A stretch of 64,000 bases of DNA from an uncultured bacterium (GCA_943787795.1 CALSNU010000006.1:160001-224000), one strand, 5' to 3'. Positions 19,802 to 29,490 are shown, numbered from the stretch's first letter. Translations and numbers: made by a program. Notes: generated by a model not told the origin, from the letters alone.

Positions 19802-20770
19802 ATGCACGACAGCCTTCCCGCACCCGGCGCCCCCGGGGACCCCGGAGACGAGGAGGGCGACTTTGCCCCCCTTGACGAGTCACTGATACCTGATGACCTC
19901 CCGGGGGGTCCTCTGGATCTCGAGGATGACGACCTGGATGAGGACCTCGGGGAAGAGGAGGGCGAAGACGACGGTGAGGAGACGGCGGAGGGAGCCGAGT
20001 CCGGCGACGGAGATGGCGCCCCGGAGGCGAAGCCGAAAGCTCGATCAAAGAAGCGCAAGGGCTCCGATGAGGATGAGGAGGTCGAGCACCCCGACACGCC
20101 GATCCCCTCCGAGTCCAAGATGCGCAAGGCCCTCGACAAGGCGTTTGCGGGCCAGGATGACATCAACGAGCGCATGCTCGATCTGATGACCAAGCACGCT
20201 CGGCTCCTCCTCGAGACCAACCGGACCATGAACGTCACGGCGATCCTGGACCCCACCGAGATCGCGGTGAAGCACTACCTGGACTCCTGGCGTGTGACCC
20301 GGATGATCCCGCTGGTGGCGCGTACGGTTCTGGACCTGGGCTCGGGTGGGGGCTTCCCGGGGATCCCCGTGGCCATCGCCGAGCCGGATTGCTCGATGAT
20401 CCTCTGCGAGTCCATCGGCAAGAAGGCGCGCTTCCTCGAGGAGACGGTGAAGACCCTGGGGCTCAAGAATGTCCGCGTCGTGCATGCCCGGGCCGAGGAC
20501 TACCTCGCGACGAATCGAGTCGACCTCGTCCTGATCCGCGCCGTGTCCTCGGTCCGCGAGAACGTGCGGGTCCTCCGCAAGGTTCGGCACTCCGTCAAGG
20601 ACGTGGTGATGCTCAAGGGCAACTCCTGGGGCCGGGAGGTCCGCGCCGCCGAGCGTGAGGCGGAGCGCCTCGGGTTCAAGCTCGACACCGTCCTGGAGCA
20701 CGAGCTCCCCGATGAGATGGGCAAGCGGGCCATGGTTGTCTATCGGGCCCCCGGCGGCGACGGCCTCTGA
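19802..20770 (+). CDS. rsmG: 16S rRNA m7G527 methyltransferase RsmG with an acidic N-terminal extension
   Basis: NRTMNVTAI, KHYLDS, LDLGSGGGFPGIPVAI, ESIGKKARFL and RAED. Confidence 0.9.
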   Translation: MHDSLPAPGAPGDPGDEEGDFAPLDESLIPDDLPGGPLDLEDDDLDEDLGEEEGEDDGEETAEGAESGDGDGAPEAKPKARSKKRKGSDEDEEVEHPDTPIPSESKMRKALDKAFAGQDDINERMLDLMTKHARLLLETNRTMNVTAILDPTEIAVKHYLDSWRVTRMIPLVARTVLDLGSGGGFPGIPVAIAEPDCSMILCESIGKKARFLEETVKTLGLKNVRVVHARAEDYLATNRVDLVLIRAVSSVRENVRVLRKVRHSVKDVVMLKGNSWGREVRAAEREAERLGFKLDTVLEHELPDEMGKRAMVVYRAPGGDGL

Positions 20771-20873
20771 GCCGCCGCTCCGCGTGAGCTCTGCGGCGAC
20801 GGCCTCTGAGCCGCCGCTCGCGTGAGCTCTGCGGCGACGGCCTCTGAGCCGCCGCTCCGCGTGAGCTCTGCGG
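20754..20873. repeat. three tandem 38-39-bp palindromic units
   Basis: GCGGCGACGGCCTCTGAGCCGCCGCTCCGCGTGAGCTCT at 20754, 20793 and 20831; the first unit contains the rsmG stop codon. Confidence 0.9.
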
Positions 20874-20960
20874 GGAGGGCCCTGTGCGCCTCCAGCGGTG
20901 TGGGGGGGACGCGGCGACCCCGTCACTTGAGGCTGAGGGCAGGTTGACTCTGAGTGGGGG

Positions 20961-20989
20961 TTGACTCCGAGCCGGGCCGCTTCTAACGT
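20961..20989 (+). promoter_or_regulatory. sigma70-type promoter of tRNA-Leu
   Basis: TTGACT-17 nt-TAACGT upstream of the tRNA. Confidence 0.7.
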
Positions 20990-21003
20990 CTCGGCCTCCA
21001 CCC

Positions 21004-21090
21004 GCCCGGGTGGCGGAATTGGTAGACGCGCATGGTTCAGGTCCATGTGCCCGCAAGGGCGTGGGGGTTCGACTCCCCCCCCGGGCACCA
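21004..21090 (+). tRNA. tRNA-Leu (CAG)
   Basis: GCCCGGGTGGCGGAATTGGTAGACGCG, anticodon arm CATGG-TTCAGGT-CCATG, long variable arm GCCC-GCAA-GGGC, 3' ACCA; 87 nt. Confidence 0.97.
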
Positions 21091-21092
21091 GC

Positions 21093-21130
21093 CTCCGCTT
21101 GACACTCTCAAGCGGGGGCTGGTTTTCTTG
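21093..21130 (+). terminator. terminator after tRNA-Leu
   Basis: CTCCGCTTGA...TCAAGCGGGG hairpin followed by TGGTTTTCTT. Confidence 0.6.
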
Positions 21131-21314
21131 GTGGAGGAACCCCTCAGCGTCTTGAACCGGGCGCGACTCCGCCAGGCCCGTCAGCCCTGGGCTCCAGGGG
21201 CCCTGACGGGGGAACGGACGAGGGGCCCTGACGAGGGGAACGGAGAGGCCCGCCTCCACGCGGTGCTCCTGCAAGGTTCGGGGGCAGCCCCGGCCGGCCA
21301 TCGTGGGAGATGGT

Positions 21315-22727
21315 TCAGTCAGCGGTCACGGAGATGCCATCGCCGAGGCCCCAGCAGATCTGACTCGACCCCCCAAGCCTCTCAAGCCGCTGAGACATCT
21401 CGAGCCCACGGGAGAGGATCTCGAACGCGTTACCGCTGATCATCACCTCCTGGACGGCGTGTCGTACCTCGCCGCCCTCCACCCATCTGGCGGACTTCGC
21501 CGTCCCGCTGAAGTCACCTGAGGCGGCGTCCACCGAGCCGGAGAAGCGCTGGATGTAGAGGCCCCTGCCGAGCGCGCCGATCAGCGCCGCCTCATCGGCG
21601 GCGGCCTCGGCGGAGCTGGGCCCGATGACGAGCGCGTGGAATCCGAGCCCGGGGACTCCGCGAGCGCCACCCTGGGCGTGCCCCGTGGACACCGCTCCGT
21701 CCACCGCGGCAGAGTAGCCGTTGTGGATGAACCCTCGCAGGACCCCGTCCTCGAGGAGCTCGAAGCGGGTGGCCGCGAGCCCCTCCCGGTCGAAGGCTCG
21801 CGCGCCCATGGAGCGCCGATCGGTCGGGTCATCGACGATGTTCAGTCCGGGCGCGACCTCGTCGCCGAGCCGGTCAGCGAGCGCGCTCCTGCCCCGCTGG
21901 ACCGCGATGGCCGATGCGCTCCCCAGCAGGGGCTGAAGGATCGCGCTCTGCAGGGCGCCGGGGGCGAAGAGGACCGGGCCCTGGTAGGTCTGGCCGGCCC
22001 GCGCGCCGAGGTTCCCGATACAGCTGACGGCGACCTCACCGGCGATCCGATCCAGCTCCCCGGGCAAGTCGGCCTTGTCGCGGACCGCGACGCCGCGGTA
22101 GTCAAAGCCGCCAGTCTCCTCTCCGTCCACCGCGAGGGCCATCAGGCTCAGGCTGAGGGCCGCGTCGAAGTCGAACTGGTGAACACCCCTTGTGCTCACG
22201 AGCAGGGTGCCGCCCGAGACCGCCGAGAAGGACGCCTGGTCCACGGAGAGCCTGGGGTCGCGGCCGAGCGCTGCGTCGGCCAGTCCCTGGGCACCCTCGA
22301 CCACCTCGCGCACGCCGATGGCGGCGAGCGCCGGGTCCACACGCGGTCCCATGAGGGCGTCGGTGTCCACGGGGGTCGGCTCCGAGAGCACGTTGGCCTC
22401 ATCCGGCGGGCTCAGGCGCGCGATGGTCACGGCCTCGGCTGCCATCGCCTGCAGGGCCGCATCCGACGCCTGGTTGGTGGACGCAAAGCCGAGCCGGCCC
22501 TCGAGCATCACACGCAGCCCGCAGGTCGCCCCCTCGTCGGACTGGACCTGCCCGAGGTCGCCCTTCTCCACCTTGGCAGAGAGGCTGCGTCCGGACCGCG
22601 CGCAGACCTCGACCTCCTCTGCGCCCGCGGCGCGGGCGGCCTCGATCAGGAGCTCGGCGCGACGCTCCAGCTCCGCCTGCTGCGCGGTCGCGTCGGTGGT
22701 TTCGGTCCCGTTGAGTGTGGTGCCCAT
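21315..22727 (-). CDS. pmbA: TldD/PmbA family protein, PmbA/TldE subunit
   Basis: GLRV...GFAST, FDREG, STGHAQ and SGDFSG; lacks HExxxH; overlaps the tldD stop. Confidence 0.85.
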   Translation of the reverse strand: MGTTLNGTETTDATAQQAELERRAELLIEAARAAGAEEVEVCARSGRSLSAKVEKGDLGQVQSDEGATCGLRVMLEGRLGFASTNQASDAALQAMAAEAVTIARLSPPDEANVLSEPTPVDTDALMGPRVDPALAAIGVREVVEGAQGLADAALGRDPRLSVDQASFSAVSGGTLLVSTRGVHQFDFDAALSLSLMALAVDGEETGGFDYRGVAVRDKADLPGELDRIAGEVAVSCIGNLGARAGQTYQGPVLFAPGALQSAILQPLLGSASAIAVQRGRSALADRLGDEVAPGLNIVDDPTDRRSMGARAFDREGLAATRFELLEDGVLRGFIHNGYSAAVDGAVSTGHAQGGARGVPGLGFHALVIGPSSAEAAADEAALIGALGRGLYIQRFSGSVDAASGDFSGTAKSARWVEGGEVRHAVQEVMISGNAFEILSRGLEMSQRLERLGGSSQICWGLGDGISVTAD

Positions 22728-24136
22728 CAGCCTCGCCCCCCGACCAGGATCTCACACGAGAGCCACGGGCCGCCCGCGTCGACCTTGGCGGGTTGACCCT
22801 TGCCGCAGTAGCCAGAGCCGAGGTCCCACCGGAAGTCCCGGCTCACGCCGTCGACGGTCGCCAGGACTTCAAAGGCCATCCCTGACAGGTTGACTCCGCG
22901 CTGGAGCTCGCCTCGCTTCCCGTTCTTGATGGGCCACGCCTGGAGGGTCCCGAACATGAACTCGCCGTTGGCATCCGCCTGGCCGTTCCTGGGCCCGTCC
23001 ACCATGAGGCCGTCCTCGATCCCATCGATGAGCTCATCCAGCTCGGTCTCGCCGGGGGCGATGTAGGTGTTGCGCATGCGAATGAGCGGTTCGTCGTCAT
23101 ACTCCCAGGCTCGCGCGTTGCCGGTGGGCGCGACGCCGTACCGATGGGCCGTCTGGCGATCGTGCAGGTAGCTCTTGAGGACCCCGTCCTCGATCACCGT
23201 GACCGAGCCCGCGTGGACCCCTTCGTCGTCCACGTCGAGGGTGCCCCCCGCGCCTGCGGCGTATTCGCTGACCCCGCTGTCCTTCAGGGTGACGAGCTCG
23301 GAGGCGACGGACGTTCCGATCCGGTCTCTCGCGCAGCTGCCGGCCTCGACGAAGTCGGCCTCGACCGTATGCCCGACCGCCTCGTGGGTGAGCAGGCCGA
23401 CGATCGACGGAGAGAGCAGCACCTTGCGGCGGCCGCCCTCGGGGTAACCGGCGCCGAGCAGGTCCACGGCCATGTGCGCCGCGCTGTCTCCGAGCTCGTC
23501 GGCGGAGGCACCTCGGAAGAGGCAGTCCCAGGCACCGGTCACGCCCACGCTGCGCGCGCCGCGCTGCAGCTCACCGTCAGCCTCGGCGACGGTCATGACC
23601 CGTAGTTCGGGGCGCGCCACCCGCGTCCACGCGCTCGCGCCGTCGCTGGTGACGATGCCCTTCTCCTCGAAGGACTCGGTGTAACCGCTGGAGGCGCTGA
23701 CGATGCGCGGGCTCTGGCCGCGGGCCCGCTCCTCGAGCCCGAGCACCAGCTGGATCCGCTCGTCCACCGACGCCGCCAGGAGCTCCTCGTACCCGGGCGC
23801 GTCGAAGCGCCCAACCGCGAGGTCCGCCGCTGGGGGTGGCGAGATGCGCTCCTTGCGCGCGCTCGCAGAGGCCTGCGCCGCGGCCCGGGCGGTCTCGATC
23901 GCAGCGCGCACCGCCGACACCTCGAGCCGGTCGGTGGAGGCGAAGCCATAGGTGCCCGACGAGAGCACCCGGACGCCGACGCCCGTGTGCTCGCTGAGCT
24001 TGGCCTGGTCGACGCGCCCCTTTTCGACCGCGACGCTGCGGGTGCGCTTGGCGTGGTAGCGGAGCTCGACGTGGTCATCGGCGCCGTCGAGGCGCAGGGC
24101 CTCGGCGAGGATCGGTCTGGGGTCCTGGCTGGTCAT
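22727..24136 (-). CDS. tldD: TldD/PmbA family metalloprotease, TldD subunit
   Basis: HEAVGHTVEAD zinc motif, DDEG, TGNARA, PLIRMRNTYI and CGKGQ; start at MTSQDPRP. Confidence 0.9.
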   Translation of the reverse strand: MTSQDPRPILAEALRLDGADDHVELRYHAKRTRSVAVEKGRVDQAKLSEHTGVGVRVLSSGTYGFASTDRLEVSAVRAAIETARAAAQASASARKERISPPPAADLAVGRFDAPGYEELLAASVDERIQLVLGLEERARGQSPRIVSASSGYTESFEEKGIVTSDGASAWTRVARPELRVMTVAEADGELQRGARSVGVTGAWDCLFRGASADELGDSAAHMAVDLLGAGYPEGGRRKVLLSPSIVGLLTHEAVGHTVEADFVEAGSCARDRIGTSVASELVTLKDSGVSEYAAGAGGTLDVDDEGVHAGSVTVIEDGVLKSYLHDRQTAHRYGVAPTGNARAWEYDDEPLIRMRNTYIAPGETELDELIDGIEDGLMVDGPRNGQADANGEFMFGTLQAWPIKNGKRGELQRGVNLSGMAFEVLATVDGVSRDFRWDLGSGYCGKGQPAKVDAGGPWLSCEILVGGRG

Positions 24137-24196
24137 GGGTGGAGGGTAGTGCATCTGGACGCCCGCTCCGAGGGCGCTGCACGTAGACTCCGTGCC

Positions 24197-24679
24197 ATGG
24201 CGGCCGATTCCAGACCCCGCGAGCGGCGCTCCATCGCCCGTAACAAGCGCGCGACCCACGAGTACCTCATCCTGGACGAGCTGGAGGTCGGGATCGTGCT
24301 CAGGGGGACGGAGGTCAAGAGCCTGCGGGCCGGCCGCGTCTCCCTGCAGGAGGCGTTCTGCTTCATCAAGGACGGGGAGCTGCGGATCATGCAGATGCAC
24401 ATCCCCGAGTACGCCCAGGGCAACATCCACAACCACGCCCCCGTCCGCGACCGGGTGCTGCTCGCCAAGAAGCGCGAGGTGGCGAAGTGGAACAAGACCG
24501 TCCGGGAGAAGGGCACCACGCTCATCCCGATGGAGATCTTCTGGGACGGCTCGCTGGTCAAGCTGCGGGTCGGTCTCGCCAGGGGCAAGAAGCTCCACGA
24601 CAAGCGCCAGAGCAAGCGCGAGAAGGATGACCGCCGCGACATGGACCGCGCGATGAAGTCGGCCCGGCGCCCCGACTAG
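24197..24679 (+). CDS. smpB: SsrA-binding protein
   Basis: NKRATHEY, GIVLRGTEVKSLR, HIPEY and LARGKKLHDKR. Confidence 0.97.
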   Translation: MAADSRPRERRSIARNKRATHEYLILDELEVGIVLRGTEVKSLRAGRVSLQEAFCFIKDGELRIMQMHIPEYAQGNIHNHAPVRDRVLLAKKREVAKWNKTVREKGTTLIPMEIFWDGSLVKLRVGLARGKKLHDKRQSKREKDDRRDMDRAMKSARRPD

Positions 24680-24735
24680 GGCGCGGCCTCCCGACATGGG
24701 CGCGGCCTCCCGACATGGGCCCGGCCTCCCAACAG
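24660..24735. repeat. tandem array of four 19-bp units
   Basis: GGGCGCGGCCTCCCGACAT at 24679 and 24698, variants at 24717 and 24660; the first unit overlaps the smpB stop codon. Confidence 0.8.
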
Positions 24736-24746
24736 GGGCCTGGCAC

Positions 24747-26429
24747 CTACCGGTAGGGCGCGGACCGCTCGAGGCCGAGGGCCGTCCGGTAGCTCGGGAG
24801 TCGATCCAGGGCCCGCCGAACGCGGATGGCCCGGTCGAAGTCGAGGTCGCCCAGGTCCCTCCTCACGAAGGCCACGCGGAAGGGGAGGAGGTCGTCGCGG
24901 CGCTCGTAGCCCTCGGCGACGCGTCCGTCCGCCTCAAGCGCGGCGAGGAAGCGCCGCGCCACAGGCGCCATACCCTGCGGACGGGTCGGGAGGAGGATGA
25001 GGGCCGGCTGACCGGCATACATCTCATCCAGCATGGCCGCCCTCGCCGCGGGGCGGCCAGGATCCCCTTCTGGCACGTTCAGGAAGCTCGCGGCGGAGGG
25101 CGTCACGAGGCCGCGAATGTCCCACACGGGGTTCCCGGAGAGCGCGCCGATGAAGCCGATGTCAGGGCACGCGATGGTCTCTCCCTCCGGGGTCAGCTCG
25201 AGCACAGCCCAGGCGTCCAGCTCCTGCCGGCCCGGCTCCCAGGGCGCTTGCACCCGGGCGGGGACCTCCAGCATCCAGGCGCCCCGGGGCTCCACGGCCA
25301 GGGCGATGTTGTGCGACCGGTCGTAGCCCACCGTGGCCTGATTCCACGCCGACCCGCCCAGGAGCAAGAGCACGACGGCGGGGGCTGCCCACCGGGCGCG
25401 GGCCCGCGTGGCCGCGGCCATCCACCCGAAGCCCGCCGCCGCGCCCACGGCGAGGAAGGGCAGCGGCGGCACCATGAAGCGATACCGGGGCATCCAATCG
25501 GTGAACGCGTAGGCCACGAAGAACAGGCCGGAGAAGCCCATGCACCAGGCCACAGCGGGGACCCTGCGCCGCCCAGCCAGCGCGCACGCCGCCGCGGTCA
25601 CCCAGAGGGCGGCGAAGGCCCAGCCCTGGTGGAAGAGGAACCGGTAGAGCAAGAAGCGCGCGCCTCGCCCCGCGGCCAGCGCCTCCAGCAGCGGTGGCCC
25701 GCCGCCCACCTTGGCGGCGTGAGTGGCCGGGAGGAGGCCCCCGTAGGTCCACCAGCCGACGACCTCGAAGGCCCCGACGCCGAGCATCGCGGCGCCCACC
25801 CAGGTGAGGTCCCGCCTGCCGAGGGGCTCTGAGCGGAGCGCCATGGCGCGGCGAACGACCACGTAGAGGGCATAGGCGGGAGCCTCGGGGCGGCTCATCC
25901 AGACGAGGAGGAAGAGCCCTGCGGAGAGCGGCCGGGCCTGGGCGTCGCCGCGCTCCACCTCGAAGCGCCAGGCCATCAGCACGAGGAGCAGGGTGAAGCT
26001 CGCGGTCTCCAGCCCGGCGACCGCCCAGAGGGCCATCGACGCGTTGGTGGCGACGATGGCGGCGGCCACCAGACTCGGCCCGCCCCCGAGCCCCACGCGC
26101 CGTGAGAGGCCGTAGGTGGCAGGCACGCAGAGCAGCGCCGCGAGCAAACCGCCGAGCTTCAGCCCCAGCACCGGCGGGAGGCCCAGGGCCAGGAGCCCTG
26201 CCCCATAGAGCGTCCACAGCGGGTTGGAGAACCCCTCCACGGCCTCCCCGGGGTTCCATGCCAGGACCCCGCTCCCGACGAGGTTCTGGCCATACCGGAG
26301 CGAGATGAACGCGTCATCCACCGTGTAGGGCCAAAACGAGAGCGCGCTCGCGAGCAGGAACGCCGTCAGCGCGACCAGGGCCGCCCAGGACCCGGGGGTG
26401 GGGCGCTCCAGGGTCGCTTCGCTGTCCAT
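24747..26429 (-). CDS. multi-pass membrane GT-C-fold glycosyltransferase-like protein
   Basis: VDDAFISLRYGQNL...WNPGEAVEGFSNPLW, GLETA, RPEA and DWMPRYRF with many TM segments. Confidence 0.75.
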   Translation of the reverse strand: MDSEATLERPTPGSWAALVALTAFLLASALSFWPYTVDDAFISLRYGQNLVGSGVLAWNPGEAVEGFSNPLWTLYGAGLLALGLPPVLGLKLGGLLAALLCVPATYGLSRRVGLGGGPSLVAAAIVATNASMALWAVAGLETASFTLLLVLMAWRFEVERGDAQARPLSAGLFLLVWMSRPEAPAYALYVVVRRAMALRSEPLGRRDLTWVGAAMLGVGAFEVVGWWTYGGLLPATHAAKVGGGPPLLEALAAGRGARFLLYRFLFHQGWAFAALWVTAAACALAGRRRVPAVAWCMGFSGLFFVAYAFTDWMPRYRFMVPPLPFLAVGAAAGFGWMAAATRARARWAAPAVVLLLLGGSAWNQATVGYDRSHNIALAVEPRGAWMLEVPARVQAPWEPGRQELDAWAVLELTPEGETIACPDIGFIGALSGNPVWDIRGLVTPSAASFLNVPEGDPGRPAARAAMLDEMYAGQPALILLPTRPQGMAPVARRFLAALEADGRVAEGYERRDDLLPFRVAFVRRDLGDLDFDRAIRVRRALDRLPSYRTALGLERSAPYR

Positions 26430-26455
26430 GGGGGACAGGATAGGAGGATCACGCG

Positions 26456-26484
26456 TTGTGACCGAGCACGCTCCGGCCTATCCT
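26456..26484 (+). promoter_or_regulatory. sigma70-type promoter of ssrA
   Basis: TTGTGA-17 nt-TATCCT upstream of the tmRNA. Confidence 0.55.
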
Positions 26485-26518
26485 TTATGCGACGCCCGGC
26501 GGGGCGTCATCAATGGAT

Positions 26519-26875
26519 GGGGGCGCACTGGTTTCGACCGGTTTCCGTCGCTACCAGGTTGCGTGCCGGGGATCCCAGGTCACCCCGCTAATCATCCCGG
26601 GAACGGCATCTTACTTGCCGACAACAACTACGCACTGGCAGCCTGAGAGTTGCCCGTCTTCGCCTGGAGTGCCCGTGGCCGGGCGAAGACGCCATTAGCG
26701 GGCTGGTCGCAACGCTGCGCCTCGGGGCCGCGCGACGAGACTTTACCGAGGCTGGCTCAGAAGCAATGTGTCCGCGGGCGGCTGCTGAGTGAGATCTATG
26801 CCGGTGGACTATGCACGTAGACGCCGGGTTGGTTGCGATTCCGGGACGGGGGTTCGACTCCCCCCGCCTCCACCA
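26519..26875 (+). ncRNA. ssrA: transfer-messenger RNA; tag reading frame ADNNYALAA* at 26617-26646
   Basis: 5' GGGGGCG..GGTTTCGAC, 3' GGTTCGACTCCCCCCGCCTCCACCA with a G-U acceptor pair, YALAA tag, and smpB nearby. Confidence 0.97.
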
Positions 26876-26885
26876 TCCCCACAAC

Positions 26886-26921
26886 GCGGAACGCGCTCCA
26901 CACCCGTGGGGCGCGTTCCGC
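26886..26921 (+). terminator. hairpin after ssrA
   Basis: GCGGAACGCGCTCCAC-ACCC-GTGGGGCGCGTTCCGC, a 16-bp stem. Confidence 0.65.
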
Positions 26922-27155
26922 TGTACTTCCCGGCTCCCCGGAGCGTCCTGAGACGGATCATGACGCGGACCATGCGCTACCGCGACCGATCCGGCAGTGT
27001 CGGTTGCCTGGGCCACTGCCAACGGCGCGCTGCAGTTCGTTGACCTCCATGGGGTTCCCTGGGGAACACCCCACGGACAGAACCCCTTGCCCCGCTAGCT
27101 GGAGCCGCGGTTCGGTCAGCGGCAGGCAGATGGCTCTGCTATTCCTCTGCCATGC

Positions 27156-27245
27156 TCACAAGAAAGTCACCGCCACCGCGTCCGTGAAGTTGGACCTCAG
27201 CGCCGGGTTGGCGTCGCGGTACCAGGGCTGGAAGGACGAGGTGGG
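27156..27245 (-). pseudogene. orphan C-terminal fragment homologous to the end of the FG-GAP protein
   Basis: FQPWYRDANPALRSNFTDAVAVTFL* versus YQLWYRDAVGGQTTSNFTDAVAVTFQ*; 29-bp exact DNA identity between 27166-27194 and 36900-36928. Confidence 0.7.
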
Positions 27246-27349
27246 GGAGGTGAATCGGAGGACCCGGCGATGACCCGGCCAGGAAGGCGGGCTCGGGCCC
27301 AGAGTTGACCACCGGGCATTTTGCGCGATCGTTGCTACGACTCCGTACG

Positions 27350-27538
27350 TTACGCGCTCCAGCGGGTGGGCGGGTTGGAGCCCGGCGCGACCCCCGTCCC
27401 CAGCGGCCCACGCCACTGCCCCCAGTGCGCCTCCGCCGGGGCCGCCACGGCCGTCCCCAGGTCGTCGGTCTCCTGGGCGAGTCCGGTCGATCCGAGGGCG
27501 CACGCGAGCGCCAGGACTCGAGCGAGCGGAGCGTTCAT
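27350..27538 (-). pseudogene. truncated N-terminus of a PQQ-binding-like beta-propeller protein
   Basis: Signal peptide followed by HWGQWRGPLGTGVA...PPTRWS, then a stop after 62 aa. Confidence 0.65.
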
Positions 27539-27849
27539 GGGATCACCCTACGCTCCCGAGCGCGGCATCGTTGGCCTCGGACGCAGGCAAGCTTCCGGCC
27601 CCTGTCTCCAATGTGGGGGCGAGCACCTGCTCACGACCTCCTCTGCCGAACCGCGCCCGTCACAGTGGCTCCGCGGCACCGCCTGCGGCGGGCGTCACCG
27701 GAGCCTCGCGGGCAGCGAGTCCGAGGGCTCCCGGGTCGAACAGCGGGAGGATCCGGCAGGACCGCGATCACGGGGGGGGCGGGAGGCGCTTCAGCGAGGA
27801 CCGAGACGGGCGCTTGAAACATGGAGGGCTCCTTTACGAGGCTGAGTGC

Positions 27850-28734
27850 ATGTCCTGGTCACCCGCCATGCTCATCCTCGCAGCATCCACCGCCATCCCC
27901 CTTCTCGTCGCCGCCGCGTCGGGTCCGCCGCAGGCGGAGGCGAGCGGGGCCCTGAAGCACCAGGATGCTGCTCGCTACGACGGCGCGCCGTCGTTCGATG
28001 GCTCCCTCCCGCCGGGAACGGTCGCGGTGGCGCGCCAGCCGGTTCGGTGGAGCCGACGGGACCCCGGCTGGGAGGTGAAGGGGAGGACCAGCGATTGGCC
28101 TGCGGCGATCGAGCGGCGATTCATCGCGCGCCTGCAGGGGATTCGGGGGGCCGACCTCGACCTCGCCGCGCATCACGCCGACCTCGGCGTCGGGGGCGAG
28201 TGGGAGAGCTGCAAGGGGGCGTACCGAGCCGTGCTCCCCGGCGGCGTCGGGGTCTACGTCGTCCATCATGGCTCCGGCTTCGCGGGGCGAATGGAGCTCT
28301 CGGTCGTCCTTCATCGCCCCGCCACCGGGGAGGTGAGTCGCGGGACCGGGTCCTGCGGGCTCCTGTGGTCCCAGGTCGGCAGCGAGGGACCGAGGGCCTT
28401 CTGGTCCGACATCGACGGCGACGGCTCCGTCGAGCTCGGGTTCCAGCTCCACCACCACAACGGCACGGCGTCGGACGGCGGATTCATCCGCTGGCTCCGG
28501 ATCACGGACGACCTCGACCTCGAGGAGGTGCACGTGTCACGGCTGTACGACTGGGTGAGCGTCGAATCGCGGCGAGAGGAGGGCTTCATCAGGTACCGGC
28601 TCCTGCGGGACCCCGACGGGACCCTCCGGGATGAGGCCTGGTTCGAGACCCCCTCGTTCGGACTCGGGCCCGTTCGCGTCCTCGATCACTCGCTCGGTGT
28701 TCCTCGGGGCGGCGAGCGGTTCAGCTATCGCTGA
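27850..28734 (+). CDS. hypothetical secreted protein with a DxDGDG calcium-binding-like motif
   Basis: MSWSPAMLILAASTAIPLLVAAA signal-like segment; WSDIDGDGSVELG. Confidence 0.65.
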   Translation: MSWSPAMLILAASTAIPLLVAAASGPPQAEASGALKHQDAARYDGAPSFDGSLPPGTVAVARQPVRWSRRDPGWEVKGRTSDWPAAIERRFIARLQGIRGADLDLAAHHADLGVGGEWESCKGAYRAVLPGGVGVYVVHHGSGFAGRMELSVVLHRPATGEVSRGTGSCGLLWSQVGSEGPRAFWSDIDGDGSVELGFQLHHHNGTASDGGFIRWLRITDDLDLEEVHVSRLYDWVSVESRREEGFIRYRLLRDPDGTLRDEAWFETPSFGLGPVRVLDHSLGVPRGGERFSYR

Positions 28735-29490
28735 CCCGCCGCCGCTCCGCCCCGCCGAGCCCCGGCCCTCACTCTCCCTTCCAGGCGGTCATGTGGCCCT
28801 CGATCTCGTCCAGGACCCAGGGCGTCTGGACCACGACCAGCTGGAGCTCCGCTGTCATGCGGATCGAGAAGGCGGGGTCCTGGTCCCAGGTGTCTCTGGC
28901 CACGTGCTGGCTGAGGTAGGCCTGGGCGAGGGACGGGCTCCGGGTCGGCGCCCCGGGCGTGGGGGCCAGCGCGGCGAGCTCCGGGTAGGCCGCCAGGGTG
29001 GCGGGATCGAACTCGCCGCCGTCCAGCGTCTCCCGGAGGTCCATCCAGAGCACCTCCTTCGCGGACGACTCCACCTCCTCCTCGGCGAGGACGCAGACGC
29101 AGCCGCCGAGGACCTCGAAGGTGAGGCCGGCGCTCGGCCCGGGGCGGCTCAGCAGGTCACGGGCGCCGGCCGTCCAGAGCACGCCGACTCCCCGCTCCTT
29201 CCCCGCGGCGGTCAACCTCGCGGTCAGCGCGCCGGTGTCCATCCGTGCCAGTGCGCGGACCCCGCCCAGGGCGCGCACGAGGGGCGCGGCGCGCCGATCT
29301 GGTCCGGAGGAGGCGCTCCTCGAGGTGCCGCCGGGTACGCCCCGCGCCGGGCAGCGGGAGGCGGAAGGCCCGAAGTCGGTCGAGGAGCGCCTGGGCACGC
29401 AGCTGGGCGCGGGGCAGGTGCCGGACGAGCAGCGCGTCCGGCTCCGCGGTCACCCGGTCGCCCTGGTCCCAGCGGTGGAGGTCCCCGAGG
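28724..29490. repeat. 767-bp direct repeat, copy 1 (3' end of the ECF sigma gene)
   Basis: Near-identical to 34597-35363 at offset 5873, with a few substitutions and two single-base indels. Confidence 0.95.
28769..29490 (-). pseudogene. 5'-truncated, frameshifted duplicate of the ECF sigma gene 3' end
   Basis: Encodes the same C-terminus (...DEIEGHMTAWKGE); has one extra C at ACGCCCCGCG (about 29340) relative to copy 2 and no native start. Confidence 0.8.

Noticed and set aside
21315..24136. TldD/PmbA as part of a RiPP biosynthetic cluster
   Set aside because: No precursor peptide, YcaO or other modifying enzyme is adjacent; the context is housekeeping.
24137..24697. N-terminal extension of the 656-aa TldD ORF
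   Set aside because: It is antisense to smpB; TldD-like sequence begins at 24136.
26398..27273. Small ORFs overlapping ssrA
   Set aside because: They are explained by the tmRNA tag frame and by chance frames over the RNA gene.
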